Virus record (IMG/VR): IMGVR_UViG_3300025317_000002
Span: 1 to 64,000 of that record
Strand: one strand, 5' to 3'
DNA: 64,000 nucleotides
Source of the DNA: a virus
This document shows positions 48,267 through 57,258 of the stretch, piece after piece. Every line of letters begins with the position of its first letter. Within the stretch, counting starts at the first letter, position 1. The notes under the pieces are model-generated. The model saw nothing but the letters and a program-made list of their open reading frames with translations, ran no database searches and had not been told where the DNA came from. The translations under genes were made by a program, and so were the position numbers.

Positions 48267-48923
48267 ATGGCTCTCGTTGATCTTATAGAACTTTCCTCTG
48301 GTTCAACTCGGGCAATCGAGGCAGGAGTTGGCCCAGGAGGTATCGATGTAATCAAATGGACTCATGAGCCAACGAGCCCTGAAGGAGGAGGCAGAGCCCT
48401 TGTGGTTCGAAAATCGACTTCTCTTGTTTCCTGGGAAAATATGACAAGTGGCCTTATTGGGTCCTGGATTCAAGACACAAATGGAGGAGGACTTATAGGG
48501 AGACTCCTCCCAGTTTCCATCTCCGCTCAGGGCTACTACCTCCTTCGCTCAGATGATCTCGCAATCAAGGGGGACAAATCTTACAGGTGGGGTTTGGTTC
48601 GAGGTTACCCAAAGCGAGACGTCTCTTCAGAGAAAGTTCTAGCGGTCTTTGATACAATTCCTACTTTGGCAGTAGAAGGCTATGTAAACTTAGGGCTAGA
48701 AATCTGGAATGATACTTATCTGAGAGTAAATATCACCGTCAAGCAAACGAACGTAACTAACCCCATATATAGTGACTATAGGAACGTGATCTGTGAGTTC
48801 CAGGATATAGAAGGGGTTAGGCTTACCCGAGGGGGAGTCTGGGGAATCTTGGGAGTATCTTCCTCCACCTCTGCTCAAACTACAACAAGACATGGAAACA
48901 CCGTTTGGTTTCTGTCAAGCTGA
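48267..48923 (+). CDS. Virion protein related to the C-terminal domain of 47282
   Basis: SWIQDTNGGGL vs AWIKDLEGAGL; EGYVNLGLEI vs DGYYNFGLAV. Confidence 0.65.
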   Translation: MALVDLIELSSGSTRAIEAGVGPGGIDVIKWTHEPTSPEGGGRALVVRKSTSLVSWENMTSGLIGSWIQDTNGGGLIGRLLPVSISAQGYYLLRSDDLAIKGDKSYRWGLVRGYPKRDVSSEKVLAVFDTIPTLAVEGYVNLGLEIWNDTYLRVNITVKQTNVTNPIYSDYRNVICEFQDIEGVRLTRGGVWGILGVSSSTSAQTTTRHGNTVWFLSS

Positions 48924-48932
48924 GAGTCCACC

Positions 48933-50606
48933 ATGCAAAGACAAAAATACTACCACGATCTCGAAGTCGATGAATTTATCTTAAACGAGTTTCAGGACAA
49001 CATCGAGAAAACCACCCACGATAGGACCAAGTATTTAACGGGCTTTGGTCTTGTAGTAAAGAGCGCCACTTCTGAAGTTCTTCCTTATGCGGATACCCCT
49101 CCTGATTTCGGGGTGAAAATTCCCGCTCTTCAGGGATGCGACATCTTAGGTAGACTCACCCAGCTTGGTGCTATCTCCGATCTTTCTCTCGCTAAAGTAG
49201 GCTTTACTGAAATTGGAGCCTTCGTGGGAATCGGAACAGGGACTACTGTTACCTTCCCGGAGACCGGAAAAACCAAGTGGCTAACTATTCTCATTCACTA
49301 CACTACAAAAGAATCTGACAAGAAGTATGATGGATTTGGTCAACCAGTCTACTTCAAGCAAGAAGAGTCTTTTCGTTTCGAGATTCGAGAAGGTGCCAGC
49401 GCTGCAAATGATGTAAACGGAGCATCCCAAGCCGTAAGACCCACTCTAAATACTTCTACGGAAACTGGACTTTTCTTGGCAGATGTTCTCATGGTTCCTG
49501 GAGAATCGACGATCACGAATACCAGAATTGACGTAACAAGGCAGAGCTACCTATATCGTCAAAGTGCCCTTTCGCTTGAGCATAGCCCAACTGGAATCCA
49601 TGACGATGCGAAGCTCGGGCAGAGATTCTTGAGGCTCGCAGGGACACTCACTGGTTACCCTGTGACTGGAAACGTCGAGATCTCTTCCGGTATTACATTC
49701 GACGGCTACGACATTTCGAATTTGACCAAGGAGCATAATGCAGACGGCACGCACAAAGGTAGCATCACCTTTGCTAAGAACACTCATGATGGAATCGATG
49801 GAGGACCTAAACTTCTTCAGGCCAACACGCACGAAGATCCAGACACAAATACCACAGGAGCTATCCATCATACAATTGGGCCACTCTCTTCTCAGGTCTG
49901 CTCCGGAGATGGCACCTACAACAACGTTTTCAAGCTCGATCGAGATGGCTCTAGCGCAACTGCTCCTGATCAATACGTAGAATTTCGCTCCGGGGGCCAA
50001 ACATGGGGCCACCATCTGTGGTATCGAAGCGCATCCGGTGTGCTCTACGTCAAGGATAGGGATAGTGGGAACGAGCCCTGGAGACTTGGAAGGTGGAGAG
50101 AAGGGGAGCGGCTCTATATTGTTCCTCTTACTTCTGTAATCAAGAACGTAAATTCCACAGCGGATTTTACTTACATTGAGGGAGGGGGAATAGGTGCAAC
50201 AGGCTCCGGAACTGGATTTGCTAATCCACAAGGAGGAATTGGACCATTTTTCTTCCCAGATGGCTTTAAGCTTGTTTCTGTTTCCATCCAAACCAGAATT
50301 GTAGAAGATGGTGCAGGTGGCCCTGGAACTCCAACAGCTAGATTTATCATGCAAAGGCATACCAAGACAAATGATGTTACCACATGGGGAGTGACAACCA
50401 TCTTGGATGTTTCTCATACCATCACTCAAAATACGAGCGGAGCGGTAAGATATTCCCTCTTGACTGGAGAAGAGTTAGTAGATAATTTCAACAAGCAATA
50501 TTCCATGAAAATTGAAATATCAGGACTTAGTATAGTTAGTAGTGACTTAGTTCAGATCATGATCATTGCACTTGGTGTCATTCCCAATTCCTCTTCCACC
50601 GTTTAA
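48933..50606 (+). CDS. Tail fibre / receptor-binding protein A
   Basis: Baseplate-distal position; His-rich middle; beta-rich C-terminus; paralogue of 50617. Confidence 0.7.
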   Translation: MQRQKYYHDLEVDEFILNEFQDNIEKTTHDRTKYLTGFGLVVKSATSEVLPYADTPPDFGVKIPALQGCDILGRLTQLGAISDLSLAKVGFTEIGAFVGIGTGTTVTFPETGKTKWLTILIHYTTKESDKKYDGFGQPVYFKQEESFRFEIREGASAANDVNGASQAVRPTLNTSTETGLFLADVLMVPGESTITNTRIDVTRQSYLYRQSALSLEHSPTGIHDDAKLGQRFLRLAGTLTGYPVTGNVEISSGITFDGYDISNLTKEHNADGTHKGSITFAKNTHDGIDGGPKLLQANTHEDPDTNTTGAIHHTIGPLSSQVCSGDGTYNNVFKLDRDGSSATAPDQYVEFRSGGQTWGHHLWYRSASGVLYVKDRDSGNEPWRLGRWREGERLYIVPLTSVIKNVNSTADFTYIEGGGIGATGSGTGFANPQGGIGPFFFPDGFKLVSVSIQTRIVEDGAGGPGTPTARFIMQRHTKTNDVTTWGVTTILDVSHTITQNTSGAVRYSLLTGEELVDNFNKQYSMKIEISGLSIVSSDLVQIMIIALGVIPNSSSTV

Positions 50607-50616
50607 GGATTAAGCC

Positions 50617-52104
50617 ATGAATAGGCAACAATATTATCTTGACAGGAAACCCTCCCCTGAAGATCTCAAGGAACTTCAGACTTATACTGAAAATGCTATG
50701 AACCAGCGTGCGGCTGACATCTCAGGCTACGGTCTCAGGGTAAAGAGCGTTGTCTCAGAAGTTGCACCGGAGGGCAACCCAGATACAACTATGAGCATAA
50801 AGTTCGCCACCCAAGGCGAAGTAGTTGCTCTTGATTATCAGGGAAGACGGATCACCATCCCAGCTCTTGCCACAATCTCCATCGCCAAGCCAGGTAGTAC
50901 TCCTACTGGACAGCTCAATGCCTCCGTCACCACAGCCGGGGTTGGAGACATCACAATTCCTCTTACTGGCCTCTACAAGTATATTACGGTTCTTATGCAC
51001 TATGATACTTTGGGGACCGGGACGAAGAAGGATAAAGACGGAGTGGATGTGAACTTCAATTTGCTGGAGTCCTTCTACTTCGAGATCAGAGAAGGTGCAG
51101 AGGGAGCTTCGCCCAGCCCAGTTATCTATGATCCTAAGGTGGATGGCATTCTTCTTGGAGATGTTCTCATTGGAAACAGTACTCTAGGATCTCCTCAGCA
51201 AATCACAACTTCTATGATCTCAACCTCCAGGCAAAAGCACATCTACCCTGCCAACACTTATCCTATAGGCCACAATCCAGATGGCTCACACAAGGACCCC
51301 TTCAACATTTCTTATTCCACGAATACACATAAAGGAGGAATAACAGGTCCCATACTTGATCAAGTCGATACTCATCAGAATGCAGATACCAACACAAGCG
51401 CGTCTTCCATTCATCACACTATTGGGCCTTCTTCCACCCAAGCATGCTCTGGAGCCGGTACACACGCCCAAACATTCAGCACGGACCTTATTGGTACATC
51501 AGAGCCAGGTCCAGATCAGTTTCTTCGAGCAAGAAAGGGCTACAACAGCCTAACAGAGATTCCAACGTGGTCCTATATTCAGTTTGAAGGGACTACCGGT
51601 TACTGGAAGGTTCTGGAAAATTCTCTATCGTGGAGACTGGGAAAATGGAAAGATGGAGTGAGGAGCTATACGGTCCCTCTTGTTTCAGGAAAAACTAGAC
51701 TAGCACCAGGTAGTCCTATCTTTATCTCAGCAGCGGGAGGAAGGCTCCAAGCCCAATCAAGCTTTGGGGCATCTCCTTATGATCCTCAAGAGATCATAGG
51801 GCCCCTATTCTTTCCAGATGGATTCAAGCTTGCGACCTTGGATATGAATGTGACGATTGTTGGGTCTGGAACGGCAACAGCGAAGCTCATGAGGACGGCT
51901 AAATCTGATTTTACTTCCACTCAGATTGGAATCTGTACGGCCAGTGCTTCAGGAAATGCAGCTCAGGACGATTTTGCGGACCACACGGTTGATAACGTAA
52001 CTTACCTCTATTCTATCGATGTGCTTACCACTAATAATAACGGTACGATCACTTTCAACTGGGTTTCTATCGGAATTGAAGCCAACTCGAGCAGCACGAT
52101 CTGA
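50617..52104 (+). CDS. Tail fibre / receptor-binding protein B
   Basis: Shares MxRQxYY, ESFxFEIREGA, IHHTIGP, WRLGxW, FFPDGFKL with 48933. Confidence 0.7.
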   Translation: MNRQQYYLDRKPSPEDLKELQTYTENAMNQRAADISGYGLRVKSVVSEVAPEGNPDTTMSIKFATQGEVVALDYQGRRITIPALATISIAKPGSTPTGQLNASVTTAGVGDITIPLTGLYKYITVLMHYDTLGTGTKKDKDGVDVNFNLLESFYFEIREGAEGASPSPVIYDPKVDGILLGDVLIGNSTLGSPQQITTSMISTSRQKHIYPANTYPIGHNPDGSHKDPFNISYSTNTHKGGITGPILDQVDTHQNADTNTSASSIHHTIGPSSTQACSGAGTHAQTFSTDLIGTSEPGPDQFLRARKGYNSLTEIPTWSYIQFEGTTGYWKVLENSLSWRLGKWKDGVRSYTVPLVSGKTRLAPGSPIFISAAGGRLQAQSSFGASPYDPQEIIGPLFFPDGFKLATLDMNVTIVGSGTATAKLMRTAKSDFTSTQIGICTASASGNAAQDDFADHTVDNVTYLYSIDVLTTNNNGTITFNWVSIGIEANSSSTI

Positions 52105-52341
52105 TCATTTCTCAATCCAATGGCATGTCTTGTAAATGCTTCTTCTTAGTTTTCCATCCTTATCGATCTTTCTTACCACCACAAAAGGAACCCCTCGTTC
52201 GAAGAAATGCTGTGCCCAGTTTCGGATGATCCATTCTTCGTTGGCATCGCAATCCTGAATGAGTCGATTCTGATCCCACATTCTCACTTCGTTTATTGTA
52301 TTATGGCAATTGATGTCCTTCGCATCGATTTCTTCATACAT
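52105..52341 (-). CDS. Hypothetical protein
   Basis: GGAGG RBS; overlaps the kinase stop. Confidence 0.65.
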   Translation of the reverse strand: MYEEIDAKDINCHNTINEVRMWDQNRLIQDCDANEEWIIRNWAQHFFERGVPFVVVRKIDKDGKLRRSIYKTCHWIEK

Positions 52342-53227
52342 GGTGGAACAACCTCCATTCTTGCACAGCCGAAAGCATTTCTCTCACGGACTTGATTCCC
52401 ACTCCTTTTACTTTTAGAAGCTCATCTCGAGAGAATTTGCTTAACTCTTCCCAGGATTTGATTTTAGCATTCTGAAGAAAAGCACAAGTTCGTGTGCTCC
52501 AATAACTCCAGTTTGCTACATCAGGTTTAGCATTCTCTTTGAGCGATTTCAAGGCAACGTCTTTGAATTTCGTATGATGTCCCCAATCATCCTTACGAGA
52601 AATTTTCTCTTCAATTATAGAAAGAATCTTGCCAAGATCAGACTCCTCATTCCAATCTACCTTCACGAGCTCCGTGACTGAGCCCATATAGCTTACGTAG
52701 CCTTGATAGGCATCTTCCAATCCCTGAAGGTAATCCAGAGTCAATCCAGCTTCCATGCTCCGCCCTCGCTTTCTGGCCCTGGCCAGAGCAACTTCTGGCC
52801 TCACATCCAGATAGATGACAAGATCAGGAAGTGCGACCTTATCTCGAAGCAAAGTCAGAACCTGCTGATAGATTTCCATGTCGGAATCAGAGATATGCCC
52901 ATCCCTCGCAAGGAGGAGCGAGAAACAGAAGTCTTCACAAGGGGTTCTATCCACAATAATTCCTGGATGGTAGAGCTTCATGGTTCGAGCAATGTTGCTT
53001 AGCTCAAATCTGGCAGCTAGAAAAGCCATCTGAAGAATGAAGGCGCTTCTGGTCTTGGTGCAGGTTCCAGCTTGGAGATCCTGGTAAAATTCCTCCAGGT
53101 GTGGCCGAAGCGCATCTACCGGCTCAGGAAGCATAGGCCAGCCAAGGTGCCTTTGAAGCTCCTCACAGAGGCTCGATTTTCCCGAACCCAAAAGGCCAGC
53201 AATTCCGACATAGAGCCCTTCAGACAT
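52334..53227 (-). CDS. Deoxynucleoside kinase (dCK/dGK/dAK family) with a C-terminal RNAP alpha-CTD-like domain
   Basis: GLLGSGKSS, LPEPV, IVDRT..ED..F, PDLVIYL, RARKRGRSME; tail WSTRTCAFLQNAKI...LLKVKGVGIKSVRE. Confidence 0.88.
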   Translation of the reverse strand: MSEGLYVGIAGLLGSGKSSLCEELQRHLGWPMLPEPVDALRPHLEEFYQDLQAGTCTKTRSAFILQMAFLAARFELSNIARTMKLYHPGIIVDRTPCEDFCFSLLLARDGHISDSDMEIYQQVLTLLRDKVALPDLVIYLDVRPEVALARARKRGRSMEAGLTLDYLQGLEDAYQGYVSYMGSVTELVKVDWNEESDLGKILSIIEEKISRKDDWGHHTKFKDVALKSLKENAKPDVANWSYWSTRTCAFLQNAKIKSWEELSKFSRDELLKVKGVGIKSVREMLSAVQEWRLFHHV

Positions 53228-53248
53228 ATCTATTTCCCCCTCAATAAA

Positions 53249-54235
53249 TCAGAATGCAATAATAGTTTCAGAGGCAACCAGAAACTGAAACAACCTCGCC
53301 ATACCAAGCCCAGCTCCGGATCTTGGATAATATCCCTGCTCAAAAAGCTCGAGATAGGGCTCAAAGTAACAAAGCACACGATCAGGATTAAAGCCCTTCT
53401 CTGATGCCAAATCTTTTAAGTGCAAGAGCATTGGAGAATCAAGAAGCTTCTCTCTCAAGATCCTTGAATCTGGTTCTCGCTCCGACCCACCAATTGTCTC
53501 TCCAGGTCCAACCTTATCTGTTTCTGCTTCTCCAGGGAGGAGCAGATCGACGCAATCCACTTCACCTTTGTGCTCAAGAGATCTAGAACGCCTCATATTC
53601 CAGAACTTGATGCTTTCCGGGTAATGTGTGACCTGAACGATGCCATAAGTCTGAGTAAGAATGTTTTCCGCTTTGGCGTCGAGATCATCTCCATATTCAA
53701 GTTCAAAGCACTTGTCTTTCAGAGTTTGGATCGCCTCCTTGTAAGTGATTCTGGAAAATCCTCTTCTCCAGTGAGTATAGAGGGACCAATGCTGCCTTCT
53801 ATTCAGAAGCTTGGATCTTAGCACTCCTTGAATCACATAAGCAAGAAGATCTTCGTTGTAGTTCAGAAGATGTTCCAGATTTCCATCCAGGAATTCATAC
53901 TCAATGAGTTCAAACTCCGTTTTATGGCGCCCGTCATCCCATTTACGCTCCTTCCTGAAGGATCTCCCTATGATATAGGCTCTGGATAAGCCACTACTCA
54001 CCAGAAAATGTTCCATATCGAGCTGGCCAGTCTGACGTAGAATAGAAAATTCAGAACCACTCTCCACATAGAACAAATTAGCTACTACCTCGCACCCTCC
54101 AGAGATATTGACAATCTCGTTCAGGAATAGCTTCAGAAAGCCCTTGGAGTCCATCCACTCCTCAACCAGCTTCATGACATAGGCTTTAAGCTTTAGCTCA
54201 TCCATAAGCGTCAAACCAGAAAGCCCTACATTCAT
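53249..54235 (-). CDS. Catalytic-domain-only class IIb aminoacyl-tRNA synthetase paralogue (AsnRS/AspRS-like; resembles archaeal-type asparagine synthetase)
   Basis: LRQTGQL, motif 2 SFRKE...RHKTEFELIEYE, GETIGGSERE, motif 3 GAGLGMARL; no N-terminal OB anticodon domain; AGGAG before ATG 54235. Confidence 0.85.
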   Translation of the reverse strand: MNVGLSGLTLMDELKLKAYVMKLVEEWMDSKGFLKLFLNEIVNISGGCEVVANLFYVESGSEFSILRQTGQLDMEHFLVSSGLSRAYIIGRSFRKERKWDDGRHKTEFELIEYEFLDGNLEHLLNYNEDLLAYVIQGVLRSKLLNRRQHWSLYTHWRRGFSRITYKEAIQTLKDKCFELEYGDDLDAKAENILTQTYGIVQVTHYPESIKFWNMRRSRSLEHKGEVDCVDLLLPGEAETDKVGPGETIGGSEREPDSRILREKLLDSPMLLHLKDLASEKGFNPDRVLCYFEPYLELFEQGYYPRSGAGLGMARLFQFLVASETIIAF

Positions 54236-54236
54236 A

Positions 54237-55346
54237 TTATTCTCCTTCCTCCTTGCAACGTTCCAACCAAATATAGCCACATCCTCCACATTTCCGGTGG
54301 AGATGCTCCCCCTTTACTCCAAATTGTAGAGCACAAAGAGAACTTTCATCTACTCCCGCACAGTAAACCGAGGTCTTGATTCCGTCCCACCCACATTTTC
54401 CGCATGGAGTCCAATTCGATAAAGGGGGGAGATCAAGATTGTTGAGAAATACCATTCTCCAAGATAAAAGCCTTCGCCTCTTCTCCTCGTAGGAATGCCC
54501 ATCCCATTTATCTGGATAATTGGGAAGAAACTCAAAGAGATCCATATTACTCTCTTCGATTAACCAGCTTACTTGCCCATTAGGAAGTTTCATGTAAAGG
54601 CTAGAATACAAACCAGAGTTGGAAAGTTGACTGGGTAGGATATAAGTCCCATCGGTATTAGCTGCTTCCAAGATAGCTTCCTTGTATGTCTGGTAAGCCG
54701 TATAAGCATCCTCTTCTTTCTCGAAAGTGCCAATTATTTTCTTCTTCCCGCCAATACTGGCATAAGCTCGGTATCTGCTCCCGTGCAACTCATAACCTTT
54801 CCCTTCAAAGGCTCGGTTTAGCATCTGCCCACGCTTCGTGGCAAGCCGAAGGTTCTGTCTCGTATTATTTAGCGGATTTCTGTCTATATGATCTACGGTA
54901 TAACCATCAGGAATGCCTCCAAACATTCGTTTGGCAATCTGCACATGAAGATACTCGTCTGTAGTATGGTTTCGCACATAGCCTTTGTGAATGACAAGAG
55001 GGGAGCAGATTCCTACATCACAAAGCGATACTTCAATCGAAACCTCTTCCTTTCCATCTGGGCTAACTACTCTAAGGGAGGTCGGAGTCCAATCTACCCC
55101 GCCTTCCTTTGTTCTTCTAGCTACTCCAGTCTCCCAGCCTAAAGATAAAACCAATCGGGACAAGAATGCCAGAATCGTATCTCGATCCCAGCTTAGCTCA
55201 CCTCGCAATGCCTGAAAACTTACAGCTTCCTCTTTTTCTTCAGGCTTGACTTCCAAGAAAATCTCCTTGGGATGTGTGACTTGGCACATCACACAAAGTC
55301 CATCTTCTACAGCTTGAGCCCCATGACACATCTTACAAATGTCCAT
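54237..55346 (-). CDS. WDGH-motif phage protein with an in-frame HNH-AP2 endonuclease insertion
   Basis: LYMKLPNGQVSW...WDGHSYEEK..RL; central VDHIDRNPLNNTRQNLR and YRAYASIGGKKKIIGTFEKEEDAY. Confidence 0.75.
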   Translation of the reverse strand: MDICKMCHGAQAVEDGLCVMCQVTHPKEIFLEVKPEEKEEAVSFQALRGELSWDRDTILAFLSRLVLSLGWETGVARRTKEGGVDWTPTSLRVVSPDGKEEVSIEVSLCDVGICSPLVIHKGYVRNHTTDEYLHVQIAKRMFGGIPDGYTVDHIDRNPLNNTRQNLRLATKRGQMLNRAFEGKGYELHGSRYRAYASIGGKKKIIGTFEKEEDAYTAYQTYKEAILEAANTDGTYILPSQLSNSGLYSSLYMKLPNGQVSWLIEESNMDLFEFLPNYPDKWDGHSYEEKRRRLLSWRMVFLNNLDLPPLSNWTPCGKCGWDGIKTSVYCAGVDESSLCALQFGVKGEHLHRKCGGCGYIWLERCKEEGE

Positions 55347-55369
55347 GAATTTCCCAGATGTCCGAAGCT

Positions 55370-55999
55370 TTACTTTAAATTTACATTCAGCTCGTATAGT
55401 CTGCCAGATTCAATAGTAAGAGAATTCTCGTATTTAGAATATCCAGATACCTCTACTACGAGAATGTAAGATCCAGGATCAACAGGAAATGAGTATTTAG
55501 ACCCAAGTATTCGAGACTGGCCTCTCGGAACCCTGGTTATAGGGTCCAATAAGCTAATAAGAGCATCTTTTACCAACCTACCATCAGATGTAGTAATAGC
55601 AAGTTTTACAGTTGCTCTATCGCCGGCATACGCAGAATTTACTAAACCAAAATCAAGTAAGCTTCTGTTTTCAACAGGATTCAGCATCTCGGACCCTAAA
55701 GAAGGTGTGGGTGTATAAGGCGTGCCAGCCATGAGTACACCCAATATTCCCATTCCCCTCATAAAGGATTGTTGTTGAGAAGATGGGATAAATACCAAAG
55801 CACTAATAGCGGTTATCAAGATGATCAAGAATATAGAATAAACCGGAGGAAAGTATATTTGGAGGTTCTCAGACACCTTCTGGGAAATTTGTACTATTGA
55901 ACTGGCAGGGCCCTTTTGAATTAGATCTATTATTGACATGACAAAAGCTCCACTACAAGCGCTGAGTAGTAACCACAGAGTTTTCACTTCATTTCCCAT
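55370..55999 (-). CDS. Membrane protein (about 3 TM) with a C-terminal carboxypeptidase-regulatory-like domain
   Basis: Hydrophobic segments, then GRLVKDALISL...GKYSF.VDPGSY.L.VEVSGY pattern. Confidence 0.65.
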   Translation of the reverse strand: MGNEVKTLWLLLSACSGAFVMSIIDLIQKGPASSIVQISQKVSENLQIYFPPVYSIFLIILITAISALVFIPSSQQQSFMRGMGILGVLMAGTPYTPTPSLGSEMLNPVENRSLLDFGLVNSAYAGDRATVKLAITTSDGRLVKDALISLLDPITRVPRGQSRILGSKYSFPVDPGSYILVVEVSGYSKYENSLTIESGRLYELNVNLK

Positions 56000-56697
56000 T
56001 TCGGCACAAGTTTTGGTTCAACAAGAGTAAAATCTTCGAAGCGGGTTACCTGGCTACAATCTGAGCAGGCTCCTTGGAGTAGCGACCCTTCCCCATTTCG
56101 AAGCCTAGTCAGCTTATCCCCGATATAGCCACCACAAACCGTGCAGCAGTAATAGTGAATCAACTCGGCTGACAGTTCAAAAGCTTCTTCCTGAAATTTA
56201 GGAGGAAGGATTGCTTCCTTTTCCTCAAGCTCTTCTTCCTTCTCTTTGGGAGCGAGAAGCCCCTCAGCCATGCTCCGCGAGACTTGAACTTCAAATCCTG
56301 GAGAAATACTAGAGGAAGTTGGAGTTACAGTAGTTCCAGAGATCTCGAGTAAAGTAGGAAGCACAGCTTGCTCGGAAGATATTGATTCAAGTTCTACCTC
56401 GGTTTTATTTTCCTCAGAAAGAAGAGTAGGTTCAGACGAGGCGTGGGGGGAAGCAAATGTCACTTCCTCTTTGGGATCTCCCTGTTCTAGCCCTATCTGA
56501 TTAGCCAAGGCATCTTCCACTTCCTTGGCACAAACATTCCAGATTTCTTGAGTAAGCCCCACCTTGGTAAAGAGGAAATGGGTAAGAACTCTCACCTGCC
56601 CATCCAAGGCAATATAGGCTCTGGCTAGTTCCTGGATGACCTCTTTTCGATTTGGCAGTTCTTTCCTCTTATTCAACGGTTTATTTCGATTTGCCAT
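55984..56697 (-). CDS. Hypothetical protein with acidic linker and C-terminal Zn-ribbon
   Basis: AGGAG RBS; CTVC...CSDC. Confidence 0.65.
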   Translation of the reverse strand: MANRNKPLNKRKELPNRKEVIQELARAYIALDGQVRVLTHFLFTKVGLTQEIWNVCAKEVEDALANQIGLEQGDPKEEVTFASPHASSEPTLLSEENKTEVELESISSEQAVLPTLLEISGTTVTPTSSSISPGFEVQVSRSMAEGLLAPKEKEEELEEKEAILPPKFQEEAFELSAELIHYYCCTVCGGYIGDKLTRLRNGEGSLLQGACSDCSQVTRFEDFTLVEPKLVPKWEMK

Positions 56698-56709
56698 AGT
56701 GCTTCTCCT

Positions 56710-56916
56710 TCAGACAACTCTTGTGTACCCCCATCTATTCCCATTTCTTGAACAAGATTTACAGGATTTGGGTTTCGTGTTTTCATAGGCCCACTTATCG
56801 ATTGATCTCTCTCGCCCACACGCACAACGAATTACATATTGCTTCTTACCTTTTGGACTGAGTTTTGCCTCTACAACCTCATAGAGACCAGATTTCGACC
56901 CAACTACTTCTTCCAT
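56710..56916 (-). CDS. Small Cys-motif protein resembling the N-terminal module of phage HNH nucleases
   Basis: VGSKSGLYEVV...IRCACG...SCKSC. Confidence 0.6.
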   Translation of the reverse strand: MEEVVGSKSGLYEVVEAKLSPKGKKQYVIRCACGRERSIDKWAYENTKPKSCKSCSRNGNRWGYTRVV

Positions 56917-56935
56917 AGGACAGCTCCTCTAGAAA

Positions 56936-57250
56936 TTACAGGATAGGTTTTTCATACTTACAAATATGATGCCCCTGTCCACAAAGATAAGAGATTCTGA
57001 ATTGAAAGTTATCTATCCCAGACATCTTCTCTATCTCATAATTCATAACGCGAAGTCTGGAGGTTAAGCCTCTTTCCAAGCAAAGAGGACATTCTTTCTT
57101 GTGTTTGCAGCATGAGCCACAAATCGTAGCTCCATTTCCACAAATATCACAATCTATTCTCCAAGAATTTGGTTCCTCAAGAATACTACCGCACAGCCTA
57201 CAAGAAGCTTTAGTAGAATTTTCAAACTCAATAAAATCTATCTGGGACAT
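56936..57250 (-). CDS. Cys-rich Zn-finger protein
   Basis: CRLC, CDIC, CGSC, CPLC. Confidence 0.6.
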   Translation of the reverse strand: MSQIDFIEFENSTKASCRLCGSILEEPNSWRIDCDICGNGATICGSCCKHKKECPLCLERGLTSRLRVMNYEIEKMSGIDNFQFRISYLCGQGHHICKYEKPIL

Positions 57251-57258
57251 TGTTATCT

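Noticed and set aside
49551-50429. Long antisense ORFs (also 12368-12967, 35828-36520, 45206-45763)
   Set aside because: Shadows of well-supported plus-strand genes with no protein motifs
25046-52104. Diversity-generating retroelement acting on fibre tips
   Set aside because: No reverse transcriptase in the window and no template/variable repeat pair differing only at adenines was seen; the fibre repeats differ at all bases
54606-55082. Canonical intein
   Set aside because: No recognisable TxxH block or terminal His-Asn block; the N-terminal part fits an HNH-AP2 nuclease better
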